Part shown: in pieces, positions 1 to 13,100 of the stretch
Layout of the letters: each line of letters begins with the position of its first letter
How positions within the stretch are numbered: the first letter of the stretch is position 1
DNA from: Phoronis australis
Lineage: Eukaryota > Animalia > Phoronida
Direction: 5' to 3'
Assembly (NCBI GenBank): GCA_002633005.1
Contig: NMRA01000091.1
Coordinates: forward strand, 541,267 to 605,266
Length of the DNA stretch: 64,000 nucleotides
The notes under the pieces: generated by a model
What the model saw: the letters and a program-made list of their open reading frames with translations, nothing else
Databases searched by the model: none
What the model was told of the DNA's origin: nothing
Made by a program: the position numbers and the translations under genes

Positions 1-1989
1 AGTACGAGCTCATACTCTACCACTGGCCTTGATTTATGCCGCGGCACTTTACTCAGATGTTCTGAAGTGTCCTTAGCATGAATGAATAAAGCCACCAAGC
101 TTTTGTGATCGCACTTGTTTGATGAGAACTCTCTCAGAAATTACCATCGTTTTTCGTTTTGTCTTAAGAACATGATAGCCTCAAAATGAATCTTTACAAA
201 TAACAATTCTTACAAATTGTAAACATCAAAGGGATTTATTTCCATTTAAATGACCCCAAATCGTCAAATAAATGATAATGCAAAACAACAAGAGCGTTAC
301 ATGTACAAGTTTTTTCACATTATGCTCAAACCTAATGACAAAGTTCATCGGATTCAGTTTCGACACTGATCGCGTTATAGGCCTACATTCAGAAAACAAC
401 TTGTTTTCATTTGAAAGACCTTAGAGTTGATTTTTTATAACAATTTAAAGCACATTTCTTATTCCTAATTTCGTCCAATCTGTCTGTAAAATCTGCTCAT
501 AATTTCCAGCTTTTGCAAGACAATTTTCACTTAATCTACTCTTTAGCTGAATATTCAAAAAAGTTACATCAAGTTACAAGGTGCAATATGGCAGTAAGAG
601 GGTCACAAAAACGGCCTCTAAACTTAGCTAGGGAAAGTGGTCTGTGAATTAGATCTCCCCTGTCTAGCACAACGCCGTCAAATTTGAGTAAATGCCAAAT
701 ACTCATTAGTATACATTGGTTATTGCAGCCACCAAAGTAAAACTTTCAAACTATTTTGTAAATTACTTATTTTTGGTCCTGAAAACATACAATTTTGGAT
801 CAGACGGCTAACATAAGCAATTGCGGTCTAGTGCTCCGGCGGCGAAATTAGGGGTCATTGAGTGCACAAAATGTTAGTATTTGTTAGGATACCTATCTAT
901 GTACAAAAAAATGAAGTTGTTTTGAATTTTTATGTATAGACTGATTTTTGAAAATCTCCTTTTTATTTTTTTATTTTTTTTTTGAAAATCTACTGGTTTT
1001 TATATAGACTGCCTCTTAACAAAATCAATATTTGACTTGAACTTTATTGACACTGACCTAGCTGTGTAAACGTTTATTTAACCCCATTGTCATGTCGGCC
1101 TACGAGGCCAGCGAGCAGAGTATTTAGGCTTCCTTCATGAATGATTGTTGAGTAATATTCCACTTGTTCCTCATGTGTTGATGCGTGAATTCTGTCTGTC
1201 GCTAAAAGTGTTCCCCATCCGATTACTCGGTGACGAGGCCCGATAGACACAAGCTTAATTTTTCGCAGTGTTTGCCCGGTGTGTTCGGAAGACGCAAGAG
1301 TCTCGAGGAATGCTATTTTTAGTTTCAAGTGCTTCCCTTGTTATACAAGGCGATATCTCCAGAACTCTTGCTCGCTCTTGCGTTTTCGCCACGACGTTCT
1401 CACATCTGCGACCGAACGCCGGTTGTGAGCGTGCCGTCGTATTCTGAACCGTTCAGAATACGGCTATAGCCCCCCCAGCCCCCCTGTGCTGCACCATCCA
1501 TAGACAATGGAAGCCGGAGCACTGAAAAAGTGGGGGGCTATAGCCACCCAGCCCCCTATGTTGCGCCGCCCATGACGCACACTGTTGAACAGTGTATTTC
1601 GCGGTGTAACCTTGGCGTTTGAAAATCGCGTGCGTCTTCATTTTTGCTGTGGGTCTAATCTCTAGCTGTACTCGATCGAAACCTGACTTGAAAATTCATT
1701 AATAGAATGTTACACACGAGAATGCATACTAACAAAGAACTTGTAAATTTGTAGACTGATCCACGTTAACCAAGAAGCAGGATGACATGTTAGTTAAATT
1801 AAATTTTGAGTCTTGGACCCTCGGGTCAATTTTTCATAAACAGACTGTTTGACTGTCACTTTTGACAAGCCTGTTAAATATGAACGGTAGCACTATAATC
1901 TGCGAGCATTTGTCAGCAACTTAAATGGGAACAAACCTCTACAAAAATTTGACTCATTTATTGAGGTTCAGTACAAGCACACTCCTTTT

Positions 1990-2249
1990 CAAGCGCCCAC
2001 CCAACCTTTAATCTTTAATATGAGAGGGCTCGAATTTCTGACGATGTCGACCTTTTACTAACACAAAAAGCGGGAGGACAAAAACACCAAAACGGGATAC
2101 CACGTTCAGAGCTGTGTTTGCGCTTTTTAGTGGACTTTTGTCTCGTTTTCTCGTTTCTTTTTGTTTCTCTGAGGCGGACCTTTTTGCCCACTTTGCCAAA
2201 TGGGCGGGGGGTCTTCGAGCCCTCCGAGGTCCCCCTGGGTGCACGGATA
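1990..2249 (-). mobile_element. MITE family A, copy 1
   Basis: Degenerate CATGCGCGCACCCAG TIRs, shared core GTGGGCAAAAAGGTCCGCCTCAGAGAAACAAAAA; TSD CTTTT (1985-1989 / 2250-2254). Confidence 0.85.
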
Positions 2250-2732
2250 CTTTTATTCGCTAAAAAGTGTTGGTATGCCATCACGATATTTTCCGACGAT
2301 GCATGATGGAGTACTCCCTCAGACGAGTGTCTGCTGCAGTCTACTAAGTTGAATTGCGAGGTCAGTCTTTGAACAATTATAGCACTGGCCCAGTCTGGTG
2401 ACTCGGCATCACAAAATAAACAAACCAGTGCTGGCTTGTAGAACTGAGATAACAAGCAAACGAGAATTCCACTTTGTGCTTCACTCTGTTACATGTCCCT
2501 TTGATAAGCCAGGACACATGCTCACAATTTCGAGACAACGTCACCTGTTTCTTTTTTATTCAGTTTTTAACGCCGACAGGTTTCCCCATCGACTGAGATG
2601 AGCTTGCTATCCCGAACATACCTCATCGCGTTGAATCCGTCCAGTGATGACCGAGTGAGCCCAGTGTGATAGACAGCCGGAGAAATAACCCTATCCAACA
2701 TAAAATACAATGCAAATACGAGCAATTAAATT

Positions 2733-2978
2733 TATGCGCTCACCCGTGGGGAGCTCGGGGGGCTCATTTGGCGAAGTGGGCAAAAAGGTCCGTCTCAGAG
2801 AAACAAAAAGTCAGAGAAAACGAGACAAAAGTCCACTAAAAAGGCGCACCAGACAACTCAATTCACGGCTTTGAACGTGGTATCCCGTTTTTTTAGTCCT
2901 TCCGCTGTTTTGGTAGTGAAATTGTCCACATGGTCAGATATTCGAGCCCCCCCATATTAAAGGCTTGGTGCGCGCATG
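2733..2978 (+). mobile_element. MITE family A, copy 2
   Basis: Same core and TIRs; TSD AAATT (2728-2732 / 2979-2983). Confidence 0.87.
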
Positions 2979-3223
2979 AAATTACTGGAGTATCATAGCT
3001 ATCGTACTAAACAAAATTCCGTTAATAGTAAATAAGTTTTAAAAAATCGGGTAAAATTTTCATTGAAGTTATACTAGACAGGAAAAGGCACACCGAGCCG
3101 AGTCCCCTGGCTACTGCCCGGAGCTGAGGGACTTAGACTACCAGTAGCTCTCATGCAGTTCCCAAAAGTAAAAAGTATCATCTGCTCGCGATAGGAGTAG
3201 GCTCGCGCAACAAGAATTTTAAT

Positions 3224-3281
3224 TAACCTATCGATCATTAGGTATAAAATTAAAATGTTATACCTAATGATCGATAGGTTA
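3224..3281. repeat. Perfect inverted repeat (24-bp arms, 10-nt spacer) about 345 bp upstream of the ABCB6 ATG
   Basis: TAACCTATCGATCATTAGGTATAA ... TTATACCTAATGATCGATAGGTTA. Confidence 0.93.
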
Positions 3282-3624
3282 GACCGGCCTAACGACTTGT
3301 TTTAATAGCTCGATCATTCGTGGAGATCAGTTTTCCTGCCAAAATACCGCGACGCACAACGATGAACACTTCAAGGTCACTTATTGTGTGAACATGTTAC
3401 GCAAAAGGTACAGCGAGTAAGATAAATGGGTCATTGCTCCTTTCATCGTGCCTTAGCCAAGGTCACGATCAACTCGCGGCTAAATAAGCGCACATAAGGT
3501 AAGCCTATCGTATTGGTTGACACACACCCAGACTGTCACGGTCCGGATGCGGCACTGCGTTTGAAACTCGGCCGAGGCTGTTGGAACTTATTTATTGCGT
3601 GGTAGTCGACCAACACGAATCAAC

Positions 3625-4121
3625 ATGATTTTCTGTCCCCCAAATCAAACTTTTTCACCGCAGTGGATAAACAACGGGCTTACTCACTGTTTTCTAGACA
3701 CGTCAACGTCGGGCATTCTTTTCGTGTTTGTGTCAATTTTCGGCCTCGTCCAGTTTTTATATTACTTGGGCGCTGCGTTTCCCGTACCCACTTATCTCCG
3801 ATCAAAAAGTCATCTATTCAAATTGCAAATATTATTTACCATTCTGGTTCCAACTATCCCGCTGTCTCAGCTTATTTTGAAGTACACATTCTATGAGGAC
3901 ACGGCTACGTATATTTATGAGATTCTCACGTGGTGCTTTTCGACACTCGCGTGGTCGGTGTCATTGTCACTATTGGTGCTAGAGAGAAGGAAATCTGTGG
4001 ATACAAACAACAGGAGACGTCATGGGATTGTTCTAATACTGTTCTGGATATGGGCATTTGTGAGCGAGAACCTGGCGTTTATTTCTTACTCAAGTCCGGA
4101 TTGGTTCTTTGGTTTAGAAAG
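3625..4121 (+). CDS. ABCB6: ABCB6 exon 1 (TMD0)
   Basis: ATG 3625, [10 protein letters not shown]...[11 protein letters not shown]...SPDWFF; donor AG|GTAAGT, phase 2. Confidence 0.93.
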
Positions 4122-7100
4122 GTAAGTCTTAGCGCTGCCCCGCGTCGGGGAATATGAGCTCCTGATGTTACAAACCTATGCTTTGTGAAACGAGCGGGAT
4201 CAAATTTCACTACGTCTTCGTTCCCTAATTGTGTCAGATATATCATCAATTGCCTAGGTATACACCATAATATTTTGTCAACATGCATGACAATTTTGAT
4301 TCACGTTATTCTACAAATTCTGATTGTTTTGAAGATGTAAGTTTCATAGGTGAGTAGCTGACGTAATTACCAACGACTTGGGAATTTACTTTTCTGATCC
4401 GTTACATGAAAAGTCAGACTTGAGACAGAAATTTGGTTTTACACTCCACATAACTAGGCCTATTTCTGAAAAATCACTTGCGCCTGTAAATTACGGGCGT
4501 AAACATACTTTTCATGCCCGTTTTACGAGCGTAAATGTTATGTCTAATCGCGGAATTTTCATAGTGGCGCTCTCTTTGACTAATCAGTGAAGTCAATTCA
4601 GGGAAGGAGAATGGCGCCAAACGTGTGGGCACATCACAGTTATCTCCGCCAATCGTGTTTTTGAAGACGCCAAAGATGTTTTCACAGGAGTTGGGAAACT
4701 GAAGGGCTATAAGTATAAAATTCAGGTAGACGATATTGTTCCACCAGTGGCATGCCCTCCAAGACGCAGACATCGCAACCATTGGAATTCTTGAGGTGAA
4801 CCCTACGATTGGATCAGACATTCAAAAAATACGAATTGAAACTTTCAAAGACCCAGTTTTGATGACATTGTTGCCATTTGTTGAAAAAAGATGGCCCGAA
4901 CATACGCCTACCAAATGCCAGCCCAAACCATGGTTTACTGGAAATACATACATGACTTAACAAGGCTGAATGGGGTTCTAATCCGAGGATGTAGGGTAGT
5001 TATTCCCCAGATAGTGAGAGGATTCCTCTTGAAGAGGCAACATCGAGCACATCAAGGAGCTGCAGAAAACCATTGAGAGAGTTCGAGAAAAGTTCTTTCT
5101 TGTGGCCTGGTATGACGGAGCAGATCAAGCAACGATCTTTACTTGCCCAAAATGTCTGGAGAATCAACCAAAGCAAAAAGCCAACACAGTCATCCCCGTT
5201 ACGACTATCAGGCCCATGCAGATTGTAGGACAGGATATTTTCCATCACAAGCAGAAGACATGTTCGTGCATTGTCGACTATCAAACAGGTTTTCCTTGGA
5301 TAAGGCAACTCAAGAAGCAACTAGCATCGTGAAGCACGTAAAAGAGACATGCAACAATTTCGGATATGCGATACAGTTTGATAGTGACCAAGGTACGCAG
5401 TATATGAGTGAAATGTTCCAGGGAATGTGTATGCAGTATAACATAACCCTCACGCCTGCTTACCCCACTCCCAGTAGCAGAACGGTAGATGCGAGAGAAC
5501 GTTGGGAAAGATAAAATTACTCATGGAGAAGTCAAAGAATGATGAATTGGCAATAGACGATATTCTTTTGATAATACGAGATACCCCGATCAGCCAGAGC
5601 ATCCCTTCCCCGTTTGAGCTCATGTTCCGCAGGAAAGTGAACACAGACTTGCCATGCATTCCCTTATACATGTTGGATACAGCTCTTTCTGAACAGGCTG
5701 GTCAGCGTTCAGTCCTAATGCTGAAGCGAAGAACAAGTCGAGAAGTGATCCCGGTCCGTTAGAGGAACGCCAGCCCCTCTCATTCCTCAAGAACCCCTCA
5801 GATGGGCCTAATAAGTGATCACGCGGGGTTGTGACATCTGTGGATGGGGAAAGGTCAAACACGGTCCTGAACAGTCGGACTGGAGGAGAATCATACCAAA
5901 GGAATAAAGTGCACATAAAGCCAGTGTCAGATGTCCCGTTACAAGACCCCCTAGAGGAGCCGAGGGAGATGACTAGAGCACCTAGCAACCCCGACAACAA
6001 AGCTGTGCCTGTTGCTGAACCTTCAACAGTTATTCCGTTACAGGATCCCCATGAGGGGACGAGGAACACCGCTAGAACACTTGATAAGCGAGACAACAAA
6101 GCCGTATTGCTGAACTCCCAGCCCGTCCTAGGCCGCGAAAGATTAGACTTCCTGTGCGTTTCATGGATTTTGTTCTTAGTTAGCGACTCTTGTATGCCGC
6201 AGGATTCTTGAACTTTTGAACACCATTCTAGTTTGTTGATTTTCTAGTTCTTGTTTTGTTAAGAGAGGATATGTCACATACGTGCTATTTGTTAACAATC
6301 ACGTTCATGATGACGCGATAAACCGGAACGCTCTTGGATTTTGAATGTTATGTTTTTTAGTTGTGTATTAGTGAAATATACTCATTGTTATGACCTTTAT
6401 CTTAATTCTACAATACCAGCAGGTTGAATACCCGTCGGCATTGACATGGGATCTGTAGGTGGCGCTGAACGCCAGTTTACCGAAGGTCTGATCGCCGTCT
6501 AGCGGGAAAGTGCATTTCAATATGGCGCGGCTATTACAGTAGCAGTAGCAGCAGTAGTAGTAGCAAGATTTTATAATCCTTGAAATACAAACTGTAAAAC
6601 ACAAGTTAGTAGCTTACATATGTAAGGTAAAAAAGCACATAACAGTACTTATCGTGAATAATGTGAGAGCATTAGACTATTTACACATGGCACTACGCCA
6701 GGCTCCATTCAAAATACTCTTGAAATCTTGCTTACATCATTTGATAATTCGTTCCAGGTTAGGGCACGTTGGTACTTAAAACAGTTTTTGCCATGTGTGC
6801 CCTGAAAAAATTGTACGCCCGTAAATTTGCCGCGGGTAAATTACTCTCGTCTATAACGCTCGTAAATCCGTATGGATGAGCGTAAACCGAAGTGTGAATA
6901 TTTAGGGCATTAGGCTTATCGACAAGTCTATGCATCTAGTCAAGTATATACAAAACCTCCTTCTAATTTTAACTCGGTCACAATATCTACATATTTCTGC
7001 ATGTAGAAACTTTGCAGAATTTGGGTTTTGACTTTATACCAGATAACAACCATGTCTTTTCAATAAAATTTGACCTCGTTTTCGTTTTATGCTACTTTCA

Positions 7101-10100
7101 AATTGTTTCATAAAAATTATAAATTTTTATTTTTGATAGCCTTTCGTGCAAAATTGGAACACTTTAAAAACAATTCTTAACATCGTTTTGGAAAACAATG
7201 CATGAAGCACGGTATCTGAACGTTTCATTTGAATCCTATCCGCCATTTCGCTCGTAAAAGCGAGCGAGTAAAAAGTGTTTTCACAGTTTGCAAGCGTAAT
7301 TTCCGGGGAGGACTTTCCACCCGGCGGCCAACGATACGTTACAATGCATTGTCTCAAAATTTTGTTGTCTTTGCAGCACCAGAGACCGGATTGAGTTTGG
7401 ATTTTGGGTCGGTCGTTACGTGTTGACTTTTTTCCTGCTGCTGTTAGGGTTCAAAGCTGCCGGCCTGAATACTTCGCCATCTGGTGTGAATGTAGATGCA
7501 GAAGATGGTACTGTGGACGTTCCTCAGGACCAGGTAAAATGACTAATTCAATTCGAACAATTTATCAATATTCCAAAGCTCAGTGTGAAATTTTCTCCCA
7601 TGCTCCCACTTGAAGATATGCCCTTTCCTCATAGAATCCTAATGCAGACTTATACTTTCCTAATAGTCTACCCATCTCAACCCATGCGCCTATATCCGAG
7701 TTGAAGCGTTTTCAGGAAAAACGCTTAAAATTACTTCGCACATTGTGTCATCAACAAATAGGTATCACTTGCAGGTGCAGGGTGTCTTGTATGCACGTGT
7801 CTTAAAATAGTCATTCGTTTACATTTACCAATTTAGAATACAGGACGAGTTTCGTCCAACGAAAGATATTACTGAAATATAAACATTTCTTAACTTTCAG
7901 CAATGCTTTACTATGATGTTTAAAAGTTTTTTTTGAAAAATGGGCGGGGTTCCCGCGGAAACCTCATGACACATGGCGGCAGTTGAGTGAGTACCCATAA
8001 GTGAGCATAAGTGAGCTCACTACGGCGGCCATTTAAGGTAGTGGTGTACAACAGCAAAATAAAAATTAAACGAAAAGATTCAAATTAAATTCAGTAAAGT
8101 TTGAAAATATTTGGGAGTCCGTTGAATGAGCATTGTTTAGGTTTAAGTTTTGACTCAAGTAACTTGCGTTAAACCCCTTTTACGAAGTTTTTAATTAAAA
8201 TGAAGCTGAAATGTCTTTAAGCAGGGAGTATATTGTGTTGTGTTGGACACTCGCCAGCCTTTACTGCCTGTTCCGGATAAATCGAGTTTCACTCGTATGT
8301 TATTATAGAATTTGACTAGACTACTTGGTTTCACGCAAAAGTTTGGCACATTGGCGAATATTCGAAGTCAGGGTGTAGGAGTGGCTTTACATACAAACGC
8401 ACGGGAATAAATACCGGAAACCGTATGTTACCAGAAACTCCACTGTAGCCATTCATGTAGTAATAGGCCTGTTGTCAACAATGAGTTGTAACACGCATAG
8501 ATATAAAACAACTAAATGTCGCGAATGTGTAACACGAGTCTTCATCAGTTGTTCATTGAGCTCAAGGAATGTTTTGAATAATTGGACGTTGTACTTATGG
8601 GTTATAAAATGGGATTGTTTTTGATTCGATGACTTTTAGATTTTGGTTAGTGAAATACGGGAGCAGTCCGGTTCAACATGGGCTGATGTCTTGCGCAAGC
8701 TGGCAAAAATATGGCCTTATGTGTGGCCGAAGAAGAGCATCTTTCTACAGTGTCGTGTCATCGTCTGCCTTTTGCTCCTAGCGGCTGGACGAGGAATCAA
8801 CGTGCTCGTTCCCGTGTATTACAAGAACATAGGTTTGTTTAAACAGATCATTCAGCACGGTCGTTCTTTTGGGGTTACCTATTGGCCTACATATGATTTT
8901 GTGTTTCCACTGACTGTTTCTGACTGTTTTCTGATGTTTTACAACATAGTGTATTGGAAAACACTAAGCCTTGTTTTGATGATTTCGCCTAAAACTGGTT
9001 CTGCTACCACCCTCTAATCCCCAATTAGTAGTCTTGTGGAATGTATTATATCAGGCCTATTGCCATGCTTAAAAATAACTAAATCAGTTTAAGGTGCTTC
9101 AAATTTGAGAAAGAAAAAATAATTGACAAAATTATCATTTCCTCATCTCTCAAACGCTCACTGCATTACAGATTTCTTGCTATTTTCGTCGATGACAGCT
9201 GTAGAGCACAATCTGTACACTTAAAGTATTTAAGCTTTACTCTTGTTCCTTTTTTACAAAATGATGTTTTATTGTCCCGCTATATTGAAGTAACTTTACC
9301 GCAACAATTTCATGCGAGTAAATGGTGATGCGTATTCATAGTGTGCGTTTTCAGTTGACAGCCTAAGCAACGAAACAGCCGAGAGGACCTTTGAACCCAA
9401 CAACGTCTCCGGGAGCCATAGGATCGACTTCATCCTGATTTGGGTCCTGTTGAGGTTCCTACAGGGGGGTGGATCGGGTAGGTGCCATTATTGGATCGAT
9501 TTTTTTGACATGAATGGTCATTTTATCCCCAATAAAGCCTCCTTCTACCACAAACAATGATGTAGACAAACTGGAGATGATGTCAGCGTTTCGAAAGAGC
9601 TGACAGTTCGTTTAAATCTAAAGTTTAATTTTGGATGGAACGCGTGTTTACAACCGCTTTAAGTTTTAGCCCGTAGGACCTTTTGAGAGAGAGTCCTGTC
9701 AGTCTGGCAGTCATTCAAATGTTCGTTGCAGTAGTGGCAGATCTACGGTCAAAGGGAGGTTTGTCAATTTCTCGTGGGATCCTCTCCGGGCATGATCAAA
9801 AAACTCCTACGGAATCAATTTGTTAACATTCGGTGGAGTTTTAGTGCCAACTTCGATTGTCTCGTTATAGCGACTTAACTATATATGGGCGCACTCGGGG
9901 GAGGGGGGAGGGCTCGGCGGGGNNNNNNNNNNNNNNNNNNNNNNNNNNNNNNNNNNNNNNNNNNNNNNNNNNNNNNNNNNNNNNNNNNNNNNNNNNNNNN
10001 NNNNNNNNNNNNNNNNNNNNNNNNNNNNNNNNNNNNNNNNNNNNNNNNNNNNNNNNNNNNNNNNNNNNNNNNNNNNNNNNNNNNNNNNNNNNNNNNNNNN

Positions 10101-13100
10101 NNNNNNNNNNNNNNNNNNNNNNNNNNNNNNNNNNNNNNNNNNNNNNNNNNNNNNNNNNNNNNNNNNNNNNNNNNNNNNNNNNNNNNNNNNNNNNNNNNNN
10201 NNNNNNNNNNNNNNNNNNNNNNNNNNNNNNNNNNNNNNNNNNNNNNNNNNNNNNNNNNNNNNNNNNNNNNNNNNNNNNNNNNNNNNNNNNNNNNNNNNNN
10301 NNNNNNNNNNNNNNNNNNNNNNNNNNNNNNNNNNNNNNNNNNNNNNNNNNNNNNNNNNNNNNNNNNNNNNNNNNNNNNNNNNNNNNNNNNNNNNNNNNNN
10401 ATAGCACATTCAGTTACAAGGAAAAAATGGCGGCGTTCAGGACAAGTTCCTGAACTGATGAGCCGGAAATGTGGGTACGGAAATAACCGATGACAACCGG
10501 TAATCATAGGCTCCGAGAGAAGGGTCAAATACTGTTAAAAAATCGCTTTTGGCAAGAAAGGCGAAAAGAATATAAAGAAAGGGTGTCGAAAATAAGAATT
10601 TATATAGTAAGTATTTTCGGATACTGGAACCACATGGGCAGTTTGCAAGAAGGACTTTAAGCAAACACCCACTTATAAAAAAACTCGCCATCTTTAAAAC
10701 TTGTCTTAATTGCCTTGCAGGAACAATGGGTGTGCTGAATAATCTACGAGCCTTTCTATGGATCAGAGTGCAACAGTATACCACCAGGGAAATTGAACTT
10801 CGGCTTTTTAATCACTTGCACTCGTGAGTAATTCATAGATGGTCAGATGCTTTGGTCTGACAGTTGAAGGCACTGTCCCACTGAAGTCGCGTCTAGTTAG
10901 GGATGAAAGGGCATCTTTGGACAAAACATGCCTCGAATAGAACACCGTACACGGGGTTTTTAGTCTGTACCGTTATAAAGATATTTTCGGTGTAACAGAG
11001 ACATAAGTGAAAACAGACTGGTCCAAGTCATGTAATTTTCTGATGCGTTTCAACCCTGTGCGACATAAATCAACGTTTATTGCACTTCACTGATGTTATT
11101 TTCGTTGCTAGGTTATCGCTTCGCTGGCACCTTGGACGTAAAACTGGCGAGGTTCTGCGTATTATGGACAGGGGGACACTTAGCGTCAACAATCTTCTCG
11201 GGTAATCACTTTTTGCTTTGAAGGTTTGATCGATAAATTTCCAAATAAACACATATTGATTTATTATAATATTATTAGTTTCTTCTTCCCCGAACTACTA
11301 AGGAAAGTCATACAGCCAAGTGCTTCACCTGTTGTCGCTGTGCCTTGTTGTGACATACTTTGTCGCACTTAACACAAGTTGTAACCCGGCGACAGGAAAT
11401 ATTGTCGCACCTGGCACATATTGCCTCTCCACAGAGAGTGGCAATATATGTTGTCACTTTGTGTGTAGCTGTTGTGCTAGTGATGATAACCGCCATTCTG
11501 TTTTTCGGAGGGTCTTCCAGTCTCTTTAGGGGCTATTAAGTATTCACAGAAAAGTATTGGAAAACTAAGTTACAATTTAAAAACTACCGATATGCTTCTT
11601 CATATTTGTATACGGCGCACGTGGTATGTGTCGATGTTGGCGGTATAGTATTGTCACCCGAGCGACAATTTGTGTCGAACAGTATGTGCTACAGAGTACA
11701 CCGTGGTGGTCATTATTTCCGCGATTTTGTTATGCTGTCAACCCTATCCATCCGTCTATTGTCGGCTGCTATATCTCCAAAACTCCATGATGGGTGTTCA
11801 TGAAATTTTGTGGTTATGTTCCTACCATGGATAGAAGAGCATGCCGCCAATTTTTGGCTGGATCTGACTACCGGTGCGCCCCATAGTGGCAACTTCAGTC
11901 TTTTTACGTTTGCCTCTGTATCTTAGGAGTTCTTTATGTTTCATGGAATTTGGGAAATAGGTATCTATTAGGAAGTCAACACCACCTTCCCATTTTCGGA
12001 TGAATGTGACATATTTTGTGCCACCTAGTGACTATTTTTACTGCTCCCGGGTCTGTTTATTGGCGTCCGCTTTTCTGTCAAAATAATTCCAAGGATTACT
12101 AAAGAAATTAGCATAATCATGTGCTCCTACTGGGAAGAGGATTGCTGACGATGACAGCTGTGGTGCTTCCTTGTGGCAGTTTTTGACGTCCGTGACTTTA
12201 TTTCCTAAAGCATGTGCATGGTCTTTAAATTTGGTATATTCTTATGAAGGTGTCAACAAATGACGACGAGTTTTGGATGGATCCAACTACCACTGTTCCC
12301 CCTTGTGCCAATATTATTTTTTAAGTTTCTTTTGTACCTTGGAGTTCCTTGGGCGATATTGATGAAATATGGCAAATAGTCTTCTATTGAAAAGACGATT
12401 GCAACTTCCCGTTTTCAGATGCATTTGTACGCCATCTAGTAGCCGTTTTTCTATCTGCCAAACCACTCTTAGGATTGTTATGAAAATTGGTATGTGTTCG
12501 TCCTGGAAGAGCGTGGCGGATAATGATTTTTGGACGGCTTCGAATTCTGTGACGCACCCTAGTGGCAGTTTTTTTCGCGTCCGCTGTTGTATCTCCTCAA
12601 CCACTGCAAGATCTTTGTGAAATTGGGCAATGTGAGTGTGAACGGATGACGACAACTTTCTGACATGTCCGACTATTGTTGTGCACCACTGTGGCATTTT
12701 TATCACCTCAGAATTATTCAGTTGATTATTTTGACCTTGTGTCATTGGTTTTTAATTTCTAATTTTAAAAAATAATTGTAAACCTCTTCAATACGACACA
12801 AGTTATTTGTTTAATTATTGAAGACAATCTTTTCTTGATTTTCAGGTATATCGTATTCAACATTTTACCCACAATTGTGGACATCGTCATCGCCATTGTA
12901 TACTTCGTTACTGCTTTCAATATTTATTTTGGCATTATCGTGTTTGTCGCTATGGCATTATACGTAGGTAAGTGTTGTTGGTGTATTCCATGATCCTGGC
13001 ATTACCTTGTTGTAGTTGACAACATACACGTAATACTCGGGGAAGTTTTTCTAATCCAATGAACACAAGTTAGTGTGTACTTTACGTTAGAGTGTTATAT

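Noticed and set aside
2008-2455. Recurring short ORFs such as [12 protein letters not shown] / [11 protein letters not shown] (also near 15837, 17576, 28697, 36668, 48495)
   Set aside because: Chance translations of MITE family A; frames and stops are not conserved between copies
9857-10528. Long ORFs containing X runs (also 54753-55611)
   Set aside because: Artefacts of N gaps
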